A stretch of DNA of 64,000 nt, from contig CAZBWA010000002.1 in the NCBI GenBank assembly GCA_964495555.1, forward strand, positions 11,516 through 75,515, written 5' to 3'. Below the pieces are notes generated by a model, which worked only from the letters and a program-made list of their open reading frames with translations, was not told where the DNA came from and searched no databases. The position numbers and the translations under genes were made by a program. The stretch's first letter is position 1, and every line of letters starts with the position of its first letter. This document shows positions 30,201 through 44,660 of the stretch, one piece after another. This DNA is from an uncultured Bifidobacteriaceae bacterium (lineage in GTDB: Bacteria > Actinomycetota > Actinomycetes > S36-B12).

Positions 30201-31753
30201 CGCGTGGGCGCACCACGCCGACGCTCGACGAATTCTGCCGACTCGCCCGAGATCGTCGCGTCATCCCGGTGACCCGGTCGCTACTGGCCGACGGAATCAC
30301 GCCCGTGGCGCTCTTCGAGATGCTCTGCGGCGAGCGCACGGGCACGTTCCTGCTGGAATCGGCGGAGCAGGGTAGGTCGTGGTCCCGCTACTCCTTCGTC
30401 GGTGTGCGGAGTGCGGCGATGCTCTCCGAGCGAGACGGTGTCGCTCGGTGGTCCGGGCATGTGCCCGTGGGGCTACCACGAGAGGGCGCACCGAGTGATG
30501 TCCTACGTGCTGCCGTGGAGGCGCTCCGCACTCCTCGAGTCGAGGGTCTGCCGCCGTTCACGGGAGGCATGGTCGGGTACGTCACCTACGACGCCGTGCG
30601 CCGATGGGAGGCGGTCCCCGACTCCGGTGTCAATGACGTCGGGATTCCGGAGTTGGGCTTCCTCCTGGCGACGGACCTCGCGGTGCTCGACCACTGGACC
30701 GGCACGGTCACCCTGATCGCGAACGCGATCAACTTCGATGCGACGGATGAACGGGTGGAGGCGGCATGGTCGGATGCGGTCGCGCGACTCGACGCGATGC
30801 AGGGGGCCGTGAGCCGCGGGATGACATCCGGAGTGACGGACTTTGACGACGTCGGTGATGAACCGGTGTACTCGACTTTCTCGCGTGAGGAGTACTACGC
30901 GTCCGTCGCGAAGATCCAGGAACACATTCGAGATGGGGACGCCTTTCAGGTTGTCCTCTCCCAACGCTTCACGGTGCCGTACTCCGGTCGCGCGCTCGAT
31001 GTCTATCGCGTGCTGCGCTCGTCGAATCCGAGCCCCTACATGTACCTGGTGCGGGTTCCTCGTGACATGGAGGGAGGAGAGTCCGAGTCTGTGGCGCACT
31101 TCGACATCGTGGGTTCCTCCCCAGAAGCGCTGGTCACCGTGATCGACGGCGAATGCGTCGTACATCCGATCGCGGGAACTCGGCCGAGGTCGCCGTCTGC
31201 GGACGAGGATGCGGCACGTGCCGCAGAACTACTGGACGACGTCAAGGAGCGCGCAGAGCACGTGATGCTGGTGGACCTCGCACGCAACGACCTGGGACGT
31301 GTCTGCACTCCCGGAAGTGTGCGTGTCACCGAGTTCATGTCCGTCGAGCGTTATTCCCACGTCATGCATCTGGTGTCCACAGTGGTCGGGAGCCTTTCGG
31401 CAGGACGGTCAGCCTTCGACGCTCTCGTGGCTGCCTTTCCCGCCGGAACCTTGAGCGGCGCACCCAAGCCCCGTGCGATGGCGATCATCGATGCATGCGA
31501 GCCCACGCGGCGCGGCGTCTACGGGGGGTGCGTGGGATACATCGACTTCGCGGGCAACCTGGATATGGCAATCGCGATCCGCACCGCGGTGATCGTGGGG
31601 GGAGCCGCGCACATTCAGGCCGGTGCCGGCATCGTCGCGGATTCTCGCGCCGAGTCTGAATACCAGGAGTGTGTCGCGAAGGCCAGCGCCGTCGTGCGTG
31701 CGGTTCGCACTGCGGCCACACTGCGCTCTGTGGAGATCGTCGATGGCCAGTAA
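30197..31753 (+). CDS. trpE: anthranilate synthase component I
   Basis: The GTG at 30197 overlaps the hisI stop (GTGA). Chorismate-binding domain present ([23 protein letters not shown]). Confidence 0.93.
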   Translation: MTRGRTTPTLDEFCRLARDRRVIPVTRSLLADGITPVALFEMLCGERTGTFLLESAEQGRSWSRYSFVGVRSAAMLSERDGVARWSGHVPVGLPREGAPSDVLRAAVEALRTPRVEGLPPFTGGMVGYVTYDAVRRWEAVPDSGVNDVGIPELGFLLATDLAVLDHWTGTVTLIANAINFDATDERVEAAWSDAVARLDAMQGAVSRGMTSGVTDFDDVGDEPVYSTFSREEYYASVAKIQEHIRDGDAFQVVLSQRFTVPYSGRALDVYRVLRSSNPSPYMYLVRVPRDMEGGESESVAHFDIVGSSPEALVTVIDGECVVHPIAGTRPRSPSADEDAARAAELLDDVKERAEHVMLVDLARNDLGRVCTPGSVRVTEFMSVERYSHVMHLVSTVVGSLSAGRSAFDALVAAFPAGTLSGAPKPRAMAIIDACEPTRRGVYGGCVGYIDFAGNLDMAIAIRTAVIVGGAAHIQAGAGIVADSRAESEYQECVAKASAVVRAVRTAATLRSVEIVDGQ

Positions 31754-32123
31754 TCGCGCTTACCTCCTGGTGATGCTCGCCCAGGCGGCCCTGGGAATCA
31801 CGTGCGTCGCGGTCGGCTCGGGGGCGCTCGAGGGTCTGGGCTGGCTCACCCTCGCGGCGATCCCCGGGGTGGTCGCCACGCGCACGTGGGGGCGGCGCAT
31901 CGTGGGTGCGATCCTTCTGATCGCCGCGGTGCTCGGCGTCCTCAACGCGGGATCCCTCGGCCTCGCGGCCGTGGCGTTGGGCTGCGCCCTGATCGGTGTC
32001 ATCGTGATCGCTGTCGGTCCGCGGTGGGCGGTCATGGGGTCCCGCTATGAGCGGAGGCGCGAGGAGCGCTCCGCGTGGCAGGCACTCGATGCCGGCGAGG
32101 ACCCCACTGTGCGCGGTGATTGA
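31743..32123 (+). CDS. Trp-operon-associated membrane protein (TIGR02234-like)
   Basis: The ATG at 31743 overlaps the trpE 3' end. It has three hydrophobic segments and a C-terminal WQALDAGEDPT tail, typical of the conserved actinobacterial gene after trpE. Confidence 0.6.
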   Translation: MASNRAYLLVMLAQAALGITCVAVGSGALEGLGWLTLAAIPGVVATRTWGRRIVGAILLIAAVLGVLNAGSLGLAAVALGCALIGVIVIAVGPRWAVMGSRYERRREERSAWQALDAGEDPTVRGD

Positions 32124-32131
32124 ATAGAGGT

Positions 32132-32344
32132 ATGAGCGCATCCGGCGACGATCACGGCTCCACCCCCGCGGCCTGGACGGCCGTCGTCATCATCACGATC
32201 GCCTTCGCGGTGGGGACCCTCGCCATCATCCTCGGCAACTGGCCGCTGTTCTGGGTCGGTGTCGGGCTCGTGGTGGTGGGGGGCATTGCGGGCAAGGTGC
32301 TGCAGAAGGTGGGCTTGGGCGCGAAGCAGTCCACCTCGAACTGA
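32132..32344 (+). CDS. HGxxPAAW-family small membrane protein
   Basis: ATG at 32132 with RBS agagg. Literal HGSTPAAW motif followed by two TM helices. Confidence 0.6.
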   Translation: MSASGDDHGSTPAAWTAVVIITIAFAVGTLAIILGNWPLFWVGVGLVVVGGIAGKVLQKVGLGAKQSTSN

Positions 32345-32417
32345 ATCCTTACATCGCCCTGACCACCCCCGATCCATCGCCGTCGCCGTCTGCGGCCGCC
32401 TCTGACACCCTTGGGCC

Positions 32418-33104
32418 ATGGCTGCGTCGGGTAAGGGTCTCGTTCTCGTCGTGGAGGACGAGCGCGCCATCTCCGACCTCCTGCGGCTCTACCTGACGCG
32501 CGAAGGTTTCGGAGTCCACGTCGAGTCCACCGGACTCGGGGGTCTGAGCGCCGCGCGGACGATGAGTCCGACGGTCATGATCGTCGACGTCGGACTCCCC
32601 GGAATGGATGGCACCGAGATCTGCCGGACCTTGCGCGCCGAGGGCAACTGGGTTCCACTGCTCTTCTGTACCGCACGAGACGAAGAAGTCGATCGGATCC
32701 TCGGGTTGGAGCTCGGGGCGGACGACTACGTCACCAAGCCGTTCAGTCCCCGCGAGGTCGTGGCGCGGGTTCGCGCGCTCGCGCGTCGGGCTGCCCAGGT
32801 GGGCGCACCCTCGGAGTCTCTCGTGCTCGGAGAGGTCGCAGTCGACACCGTGGCGCGACGCGTGCACGTGCGCGGAGATGAGGTCGCATTGACCGCGACC
32901 GAATTCGATCTGCTCACCCATCTCATGGCGGCACCGGGGCGGGTCTTCACGCGCGATCAACTCCTGGCCGACGTCTGGGGCTACGCCGCCGTCGTCGGCA
33001 CCCGCACGGTCGACGTCCACGTCGCGCAACTGCGGGCGAAGTTGGGGGCGGACAGTCCCATCCGCACGGTGCGCGGGGTCGGATACTCGGCGGAGGCACC
33101 GTGA
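32418..33104 (+). CDS. OmpR/PhoB-family response regulator
   Basis: Receiver domain with an acidic pocket (VVEDE), phospho-acceptor context (MIVDVGLPGMDG) and conserved K (YVTKPF). C-terminal winged-helix (TEFDLLTHL..., VRGVGY). Confidence 0.9.
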   Translation: MAASGKGLVLVVEDERAISDLLRLYLTREGFGVHVESTGLGGLSAARTMSPTVMIVDVGLPGMDGTEICRTLRAEGNWVPLLFCTARDEEVDRILGLELGADDYVTKPFSPREVVARVRALARRAAQVGAPSESLVLGEVAVDTVARRVHVRGDEVALTATEFDLLTHLMAAPGRVFTRDQLLADVWGYAAVVGTRTVDVHVAQLRAKLGADSPIRTVRGVGYSAEAP

Positions 33105-34465
33105 CCCGTCGACGCGTCGGCATCGTCGGGCAGACGGTCTCCCTCGCCATCGCGATCGCCGTGATCACCGCCCTTGTCGCCGGGGGTATCGCCCTGCCCC
33201 TGTTGCGCAGTGCCTCCGTCGAGCAGGGGCAGCAGACCCTCGGGCGTCTGGCGGACCTGACGTCGCGTGCCATCGAGCGACGCGATGTCGGGCTCCCGGG
33301 AGGTCGACCGCTCCCGCGGCAGTTGTCCCGGGCACTCGAGGCGAGCAACGTCACCGGCTACCTGCTGTCCCCGCTAGGCGGGGAGGTGCCGGGATTGACT
33401 CCCGAGGAGATCACGGCGTTGCTCTCCGGTGAGCGTGTGAGCGGTCAAGTGGACACCGCGACGGGGATCGTGGTCTTCGAGGGGCGCCCACTGTCCACGG
33501 GGGGAGCCGTCGTCTTGCAGCAGGGGATCGCGGACGCGGGGTCGTCGGCTGATCAGTTCCTCGTGCGCTTCGTCCTCGCACTGCTGGTAGGCCTGCTTAT
33601 CGCATCCGTCATCGGCTACTTCGCCGCGCGACGCCTGACACGTCCACTGCGAGCAGCACGGGATGCGGCGGACAGCATCGCCGAGGGCTCGCGCGATGTC
33701 GTCGTGGAGCCACGTGGCCCGCGCGAGGTTGCCGATATCGCCGATGCGATCAACGCGGTGAACGCCGCCCTCGTCGTTTCGGAGGGACGGCAGCGGGACT
33801 TCCTACTGTCGGTGTCGCATGAACTGCGTACTCCACTCACGGCGGTGAAGGGATATGCGGAGGCATTGGCCGACGGCGTGGTGACAGGGGAGGACGTGCG
33901 TCGTACCGCGGAGGTCATGGGGGTCGAGGCCGCGCGACTCGATCGACTGGTGTCCGACCTCCTCGACCTCGCGCGTCTCGGCGCCGTCGACTTCCGAATC
34001 CATGCGATCGACACGAGTCTGCAGGAGTTGATGTCGGAGGCGGCACGCGTGTGGATCGATCGATGCGCACGCGAGGGGGTCTCCCTCGTCGTCGATATGC
34101 CGACGACAGCCACCGGGTGGCACACGGACCCGGTGCGCGTGCGTCAGATCATCGACAACCTGATGGAGAACGCGCTGCGCATGACGCCGACCGGGTCCAC
34201 CATGTGGCTCCGTGGGATCGATGGACCGTCGATCCTGCTCGTCGTCCGCGACAGCGGTCCCGGCCTCACGGATGCCGACATCGCCGAGGCTTTCGAGCCC
34301 GGGGTCCTCTACGAGCGCTACCTGGGGCAGCGACCTGTCGGGACCGGCATCGGCCTCGCCCTCGTGGGGCGGCTTGCGCGTGGACTCGGGGGAGCGGCCT
34401 CCGTGTCCTCCCATCCTGGAGCGGGTGCCGAGTTCACCGTCACGCTCCCGCGGAGGGTGGAGTGA
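33101..34465 (+). CDS. sensor histidine kinase (two TM segments, extracytoplasmic loop, HAMP, HisKA, HATPase_c)
   Basis: The GTG overlaps the regulator stop (GTGA). H-box SHELRTPLT, N-box NLMENALRMT, G1 DSGPGL and G2 GTGIGLALV are present. Confidence 0.9.
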   Translation: MTRRRVGIVGQTVSLAIAIAVITALVAGGIALPLLRSASVEQGQQTLGRLADLTSRAIERRDVGLPGGRPLPRQLSRALEASNVTGYLLSPLGGEVPGLTPEEITALLSGERVSGQVDTATGIVVFEGRPLSTGGAVVLQQGIADAGSSADQFLVRFVLALLVGLLIASVIGYFAARRLTRPLRAARDAADSIAEGSRDVVVEPRGPREVADIADAINAVNAALVVSEGRQRDFLLSVSHELRTPLTAVKGYAEALADGVVTGEDVRRTAEVMGVEAARLDRLVSDLLDLARLGAVDFRIHAIDTSLQELMSEAARVWIDRCAREGVSLVVDMPTTATGWHTDPVRVRQIIDNLMENALRMTPTGSTMWLRGIDGPSILLVVRDSGPGLTDADIAEAFEPGVLYERYLGQRPVGTGIGLALVGRLARGLGGAASVSSHPGAGAEFTVTLPRRVE

Positions 34466-34866
34466 GACGGCCCGCGCAGCTTCGCGCACCGCTGGCCGTT
34501 GCTGCGGCGGCCGCGGGCACGCTGACCGTGCTGTGGTGGCGCGATCCGGAGAGCGTCGGTCCCTTTCCCATGTGCATCAGTGCGCTGGCCTTCGGTGTCG
34601 AGTGCCCGTTGTGCGGAGGACTGCGAGGGATGCACGACCTCCTGCACGGAAATATCGCCGCGATGCTGGAGCACAACGCACTGTTACCGCTCTACCTGGG
34701 CGTGATCGCGTTCGGGTTCGCCGCATGGGTCGCAATACGGCTCGGATTCGTGTCGCGTCCCCGTCCGCGCATCGTGATGGCGTCGATGGTGACTCTCATG
34801 GCGGTCTCGGTCACCTTCGGCATCCTGAGGAATCTCGTGCCCTCCCTAGCCGCCTCTGCGGGGTGA
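34462..34866 (+). CDS. DUF2752-like membrane protein (CPxCG motif)
   Basis: The GTG at 34462 overlaps the kinase stop (GTGA). CPLCGGLRG motif plus hydrophobic segments. Confidence 0.6.
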   Translation: MRRPAQLRAPLAVAAAAAGTLTVLWWRDPESVGPFPMCISALAFGVECPLCGGLRGMHDLLHGNIAAMLEHNALLPLYLGVIAFGFAAWVAIRLGFVSRPRPRIVMASMVTLMAVSVTFGILRNLVPSLAASAG

Positions 34867-34891
34867 ACATGCCGGGGTTACGCTCCCCCAC

Positions 34892-35713
34892 ATGAGCGTC
34901 CTCGACGAGATCGTTGCGGGGGTTCATGAGGATGTCGCGGATCGAATGTCCGTTGTTCCGCTGGACGAATTGAAGGAGCGTGCCGCGACCGCGCCACCTC
35001 CCCGCAATGCCGTTGCGGCGCTGTCCTCGTCAGGCATCAGTGTGATCGCCGAGGTGAAGCGTGCGAGTCCGAGTCTGGGAAGTATCGCTGCCATCGCCGA
35101 TCCTGCATCTCTCGCCCGCGAGTACGAGCAGGGTGGTGCGCACTGCATCAGCGTCCTGACCGAGCAGCGGCGATTCTGTGGAAGCCTCGCGGATCTCGAT
35201 GCCGTTCGCGCCGCGGTGAGCGTGCCGGTGCTGCGCAAGGACTTCGTGGTGACCAGTTATCAGTTATGGGAAGCGCGTGTCCACGGCGCAGATCTCGTCC
35301 TGCTGATCGTGGCCGCCCTGGATCAGCAGCAGCTGATCGGCCTCGTGGAGCGCAGCCTGAGCCTCGGGCTCACCCCCATCGTCGAGGTCCACGACGAAGA
35401 CGAGGTGGAGCGGGCGCTCTCCGCGGGGGCGGAGATCATCGGGGTGAACGCCCGGAACCTCAAGACACTCGAGGTGGATCGTGAGGCCTTCGCCCGTCTC
35501 GCTCCGCGCATCCCGGATCAGTGCATCACGATCGCCGAGTCCGGCATCCGCGGGCCGCACGACCTCATCGTCTACGCGGAGTGCGGGGCCGATGCGGTCC
35601 TCGTCGGAGAGTCCCTGGTCCGCCACGCCAACCCCCGGACCGCGGTGCACGAACTCGTCACCGCGGGTTCACACCCGGCGGTAAAGCACGCGCCACGCGG
35701 TGGCATGCCGTGA
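34892..35713 (+). CDS. trpC: indole-3-glycerol phosphate synthase
   Basis: 273-aa ORF with IGPS motifs ([27 protein letters not shown]). Confidence 0.93.
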   Translation: MSVLDEIVAGVHEDVADRMSVVPLDELKERAATAPPPRNAVAALSSSGISVIAEVKRASPSLGSIAAIADPASLAREYEQGGAHCISVLTEQRRFCGSLADLDAVRAAVSVPVLRKDFVVTSYQLWEARVHGADLVLLIVAALDQQQLIGLVERSLSLGLTPIVEVHDEDEVERALSAGAEIIGVNARNLKTLEVDREAFARLAPRIPDQCITIAESGIRGPHDLIVYAECGADAVLVGESLVRHANPRTAVHELVTAGSHPAVKHAPRGGMP

Positions 35714-36915
35714 CGCTCGCACCAGCGGCACCGGGTCACTACGGGCCCTACGGGGGCCGCTTCGTCCCCGAGGCATTGATGGCCGCTCTCGATGAGCTCG
35801 ATTTCGCATTTCGGAGCGCAATCACCGATCCAGACTTCGTCGCCGAACTCGCCGAACTCGAACACGACTACACCGGTCGTCCGTCGCCTCTCACACGCGC
35901 GCGCCGATTCGAGGAAGCGTGCGGCGGTGCGCGCGTGTATCTCAAGCGCGAGGATCTCAATCACACGGGATCCCACAAGATCAACAACGTCTTGGGGCAG
36001 GCACTCCTGACAACCCGCATGGGTAAGCGCCGGGTCATCGCGGAGACGGGTGCCGGGCAGCACGGTGTCGCAACCGCGACGGCAGCGGCTCTGATGGGAC
36101 TCGCGTGCACTGTCTACATGGGCGAGGAGGACACCCGTCGACAGGCCCTCAACGTCGCGCGCATGCGACTCCTCGGAGCCGAGGTGGTCGCGGTCCAGAA
36201 CGGCAGCCGAACCCTCAAGGACGCGATCAACGAAGCGATGCGCGATTGGGTGACCAATGTCGGCGACACCCACTATCTCCTGGGCACCGTGACCGGCCCC
36301 GCACCGTTCCCCGAGATGGTTCGCCATTTCCATTCCGTCATCGGCCGTGAGACCCGCGCCCAGATCCTCGAGAAAGAGGGTCGCCTCCCGGACGCCGTCG
36401 TGGCCTGCGTAGGTGGGGGATCGAACGCCATGGGGATCTTCAGCGCCTTCCTCGACGACGCATCCGTGCAGTTGATCGGCTACGAGGCTGGGGGCGAGGG
36501 AGTGGCGACCGGGCGCCATGCGGCCCGATTCGCAGCGGGCGCCCCCGGTGTCCTGCATGGAGCGCGCACCTACGTGATGCAGGACGAGTGGGGTCAGACG
36601 ATCCCGTCGCACTCGATCAGCGCGGGACTGGACTATCCGGGGGTCGGCCCCGAGCACGCGTGGCTACACGACTCCGGTCGCGCGCGGTACGAGCCGGTGA
36701 CCGACACCGAGGCGATGGAGGCTTTCGAGCTCCTGTCGCGGACTGAGGGAATCCTTCCGGCGATCGAGACCGCCCATGCCCTGGCCGGGGTCCGCAGGCT
36801 CGCCCCCACGCTGGGTCCCGATGGCGTCATCGTGGTGAACCTCTCGGGGCGCGGTGACAAGGACGTGGAGACAGCTGCGCGCTGGTTCGGTCACGGAGTC
36901 GACGCGCACGCATGA
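35710..36915 (+). CDS. trpB: tryptophan synthase beta chain
   Basis: The GTG at 35710 overlaps the trpC stop (GTGA). PLP-lysine motif [11 protein letters not shown] and GGGSNAMG are present. Confidence 0.95.
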   Translation: MTLAPAAPGHYGPYGGRFVPEALMAALDELDFAFRSAITDPDFVAELAELEHDYTGRPSPLTRARRFEEACGGARVYLKREDLNHTGSHKINNVLGQALLTTRMGKRRVIAETGAGQHGVATATAAALMGLACTVYMGEEDTRRQALNVARMRLLGAEVVAVQNGSRTLKDAINEAMRDWVTNVGDTHYLLGTVTGPAPFPEMVRHFHSVIGRETRAQILEKEGRLPDAVVACVGGGSNAMGIFSAFLDDASVQLIGYEAGGEGVATGRHAARFAAGAPGVLHGARTYVMQDEWGQTIPSHSISAGLDYPGVGPEHAWLHDSGRARYEPVTDTEAMEAFELLSRTEGILPAIETAHALAGVRRLAPTLGPDGVIVVNLSGRGDKDVETAARWFGHGVDAHA

Positions 36916-37709
36916 ACCCGCGGCTCCAGGCCGTCTTCGCGCACGCCGCACGCGAAGGACGCGCTGCTCTCATCGGGTACTTCCCCGCGGGTTTCCCGAC
37001 CCCGGAGGCGAGCGTGCGTCTGGTCGCCGCGATGGTGCGCGGAGGGGTGGACCTCGTCGAGGTGGGCCTGCCGTATTCCGACCCGCTCATGGATGGCCCG
37101 GTCATCCAGTCAGCCGTCGAGTCCGCGCTCGTGGCGGGCACGACGACGGATGTGGTCCTCGACATTGTCGGGCGCATTTCCGAGCTCGGGGCTGTGCCCG
37201 TCGTGATGTCGTACTGGAACCCCATCGAGCGCTACGGAATCGAGCGCTTCGCCTCGCGCCTGGCGGGTGTCGGGGGAGTCGGTGTGATCACCCCGGACCT
37301 GACGCCGGAGGAGGCAGGCGACTGGATCGCTGTCACGGATGCCTCCGGCATCGATCGCACCTTCCTCATCGCCCCGTCGAGTTCGGAGGCACGCATCACC
37401 CGAGTCGCGCAGGTGACGAGCGGATTCCTCTACGCAGCGTCCACGATGGGGGTCACAGGTGTCCGTGATCAGGTGAGCGACGCCGCCCCGACGCTCGTGG
37501 CGCGGGCCCGCGCCGTCACCGATGCGCCCATCGGCGTCGGGCTGGGGGTCTCCACGGGTGCGCAGGCCGCGGGAGTCGCCTCCTACGCGGACGGGGTGAT
37601 CGTCGGTTCGGCGTTCATCCGTGCGGTGCAGGAGGCCCCGGACGTCGCCGCGGCCGAAGCGGCCGTCGAACGGCTCGCCGCCGAGTTGGCTGCGGGTGTC
37701 CGCACCTGA
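36912..37709 (+). CDS. trpA: tryptophan synthase alpha chain
   Basis: 265-aa ORF with ATGA overlap to trpB. TrpA pattern ([18 protein letters not shown]). Confidence 0.93.
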   Translation: MNPRLQAVFAHAAREGRAALIGYFPAGFPTPEASVRLVAAMVRGGVDLVEVGLPYSDPLMDGPVIQSAVESALVAGTTTDVVLDIVGRISELGAVPVVMSYWNPIERYGIERFASRLAGVGGVGVITPDLTPEEAGDWIAVTDASGIDRTFLIAPSSSEARITRVAQVTSGFLYAASTMGVTGVRDQVSDAAPTLVARARAVTDAPIGVGLGVSTGAQAAGVASYADGVIVGSAFIRAVQEAPDVAAAEAAVERLAAELAAGVRT

Positions 37710-37772
37710 GATCGCGAAGCCGTGGACCCCGGCTTAGGCTGGGATGGCCGTCAGACCAGAGGAGTGTCATCG

Positions 37773-38567
37773 ATGAGTGGAGCATCCCGTCGGGAACGTG
37801 CTGCGGCCGCGCGCAACGCGGCCCAGGCGAGTGAGAAGCGTCGCGAGCGGACCGTCCGCATCGTGGGCGCCGTCACGGTGCTCGCCGTCGTCGTCGGCAT
37901 CATCGTGATCGCCGTCGTCGCGCGTAATTCCTCGGACGCGGCCAACCAAGTCACGCGCGTGGAGCCCGATCCCAACGCCCCGCTTCCCGAAGGCGTCCTG
38001 GGGGCCGACAGCGCCTACGCCTATGGCGTGCCCTACGGCTCGGCGCCGGAGACGGCGCCCGTCCTGGAACTGTGGGAGGACTTCCAGTGCCCGGCATGCG
38101 GCGCGCTGGAGGAGGTCAGCGGTGCTGGCATCGCCGAACTTGCTGAGACCGGACAGATCCAGCTGATCTGGCGTCCCACGCACTTCCTGGACGCCAACCT
38201 CGGCAATGACGCCTCGAACCGGGCCATCGCCGCGTGGGGATGTGCCATCGACGCGGGGAAGACGCGCGAGTACCACGACGTGGTCTACGCCAACCAGCCC
38301 GAGCAGGAGGGTGCGGGGTACACCCAAGATCAGTTGATCGCCTTCGGTGAGCAGTCCGGTATCGCCGGGGCCGATCTCGAGACGTTCACCCAGTGCGTTC
38401 AGGACGGCACCTACCGCGCCTGGGCGGCCAACAGCGACCAGGAGTTCCAGGCCGCCGGTCACCAGGGCACGCCGTTCGGGCTGTTGAACGGCATCGTCGT
38501 GGAGAACACCACCCTGGCCGACCTCGAGGCACTCAAGGCCACCGTCGCGCAGGCGGGCGGTCAGTAG
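37773..38567 (+). CDS. membrane-anchored DsbA/thioredoxin-fold thiol:disulfide oxidoreductase (MdbA-like)
   Basis: ATG at 37773 with RBS agaggag. N-terminal TM anchor (IVGAVTVLAVVVGIIVIAVV) and CxxC active site (FQCPACG). Confidence 0.8.
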   Translation: MSGASRRERAAAARNAAQASEKRRERTVRIVGAVTVLAVVVGIIVIAVVARNSSDAANQVTRVEPDPNAPLPEGVLGADSAYAYGVPYGSAPETAPVLELWEDFQCPACGALEEVSGAGIAELAETGQIQLIWRPTHFLDANLGNDASNRAIAAWGCAIDAGKTREYHDVVYANQPEQEGAGYTQDQLIAFGEQSGIAGADLETFTQCVQDGTYRAWAANSDQEFQAAGHQGTPFGLLNGIVVENTTLADLEALKATVAQAGGQ

Positions 38568-38578
38568 CCCGGGGGCGG

Positions 38579-38630
38579 TATAGTCCTACCTCCCAGGCCA
38601 ACGACGTCCTGGCTTCTGTCCGACGTCGTT
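38579..38630 (+). promoter_or_regulatory. candidate gltBD promoter -10 (TATAGT) followed by a perfect 9-bp inverted repeat AACGACGTC-N13-GACGTCGTT
   Basis: Direct reading: TATAGT at 38579..38584 and inverted-repeat arms at 38600..38608 and 38622..38630, abutting the first possible gltB start codon. Confidence 0.35.
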
Positions 38631-43164
<4,534 letters not shown>

Positions 43165-43172
<8 letters not shown>

Positions 43173-44619
43173 TCCACGTGGCTTCTTGACGACACCGCGG
43201 CAGATGCCGACGCGTCGTCCCGTCGATGTGCGCATCCAGGACTGGCGGGAGGTGTACGAGAACTTCAGTGCGAAGGAGTTGGAGAAGCAGGCCGGGCGCT
43301 GCATGGACTGCGGAATCCCGTTCTGCCACAACGGCTGTCCCCTCGGCAACCTGATTCCGGAGTGGAACGACCTGGTGTACGACCGTGACTGGGGTCAGGC
43401 GATCGAGCGATTGCACGCCACCAACAACTTCCCGGAGTTCACCGGTCGGCTGTGCCCGGCTCCCTGTGAGGCGGCCTGCGTGCTCGGTATCAACGCTGAG
43501 CCCGTGACCATCAAGCAGGTGGAGGTCGCGATCGTCGACCGCGCCTGGGAGTCCGGATGGATCACGCCGCAGCCGCCGGAGAGCCTGTCCGGTCGCACCG
43601 TCGCCGTGATCGGATCGGGGCCTGCCGGCCTCGCCGCGGCGCAGCAGTTGGCGCGAGCAGGTCACACGGTGGCCGTCTACGAGCGGTCCGACCGCATCGG
43701 TGGCCTCCTGCGCTACGGGATCCCAGAGTTCAAGATGGAGAAGCGCCATCTCGACCAGCGCCTGGCGCAGTTGACCGCCGAGGGTGTGAAATTCCGCCCC
43801 AATACCGAGGTCGGAGTGGATATCACCGGCGCGGATCTGCGACGACGCTATGACGCGATCATCGTCGCCGCGGGTGCGACGTCATGGCGCGAGTTGGATG
43901 TCCCCGGTCGCGATCTCGCCGGGGTCCACCAGGCGATGGAGTACCTGCCGTGGGCTAACCGCGTGCAGGAAGGTGACCTGCCGGACTCTCCGATCGACGT
44001 GCAGGGCGCGCACGTGGTGATCATCGGCGGTGGTGACACGGGGGCCGACTGCCTCGGCACCGCGCACCGCCAGGGTGCGGCATCGGTCACGCAACTGGAG
44101 ATCATGCCTCGTCCACCGGAGGAGCGGCCGGGTTCGCAGCCGTGGCCCACGTACCCGATGGTGTACCGCACGTCGAGTGCCCATGAGGAGGGTGGCGAGC
44201 GGATGTTCAGCGTGTCCACCGAGCGGTTCATCGGCGAGAACGGTCGCGTCACGGCCATGGAACTCGTGGACGTCGAGATGCGCGATGGGACCTTCGTCCC
44301 CGTCGAGGGTTCGCGTCGACGTATCCCCGCGGACTACGTCTTCCTCGCGATGGGATTCGTGGGTCCCGAGCGGGGTTCCCTGGCCGAGCAGTTGGGGTTG
44401 GAGTTCGACTCCCGCGGCGCGTTGGCGCGCCACGACGACTACTCGACCGATGTCGAGGGTGTCTTCGTCGCGGGCGATGCAGGTCGCGGTCAATCGCTGA
44501 TCGTGTGGGCCATCGCCGAGGGGCGTGCTGCGGCGGCCTCGGTCGATCGCTACCTGATGGGGAGCACGAACCTTCCCTCACCGATCCGTGCCAGTGCACG
44601 ACCGGTCACCGTGTCGTGA
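43165..44619 (+). CDS. gltD: glutamate synthase small subunit (NADPH)
   Basis: 484-aa ORF with Fe-S cysteines ([17 protein letters not shown]) and dinucleotide fold [12 protein letters not shown]. 8-nt overlap with gltB. Confidence 0.95.
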
Positions 44620-44660
44620 CGCATCCGCGATCTGTAACCGTTTACGGGTAGGCTTCGGCT

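Noticed and set aside
37717-37735. Hairpin AAGCCG-N7-CGGCTT after trpA, considered as a possible intrinsic terminator
   Set aside because: It has only a 6-bp stem and no U-tract, which is too weak to call as a feature.
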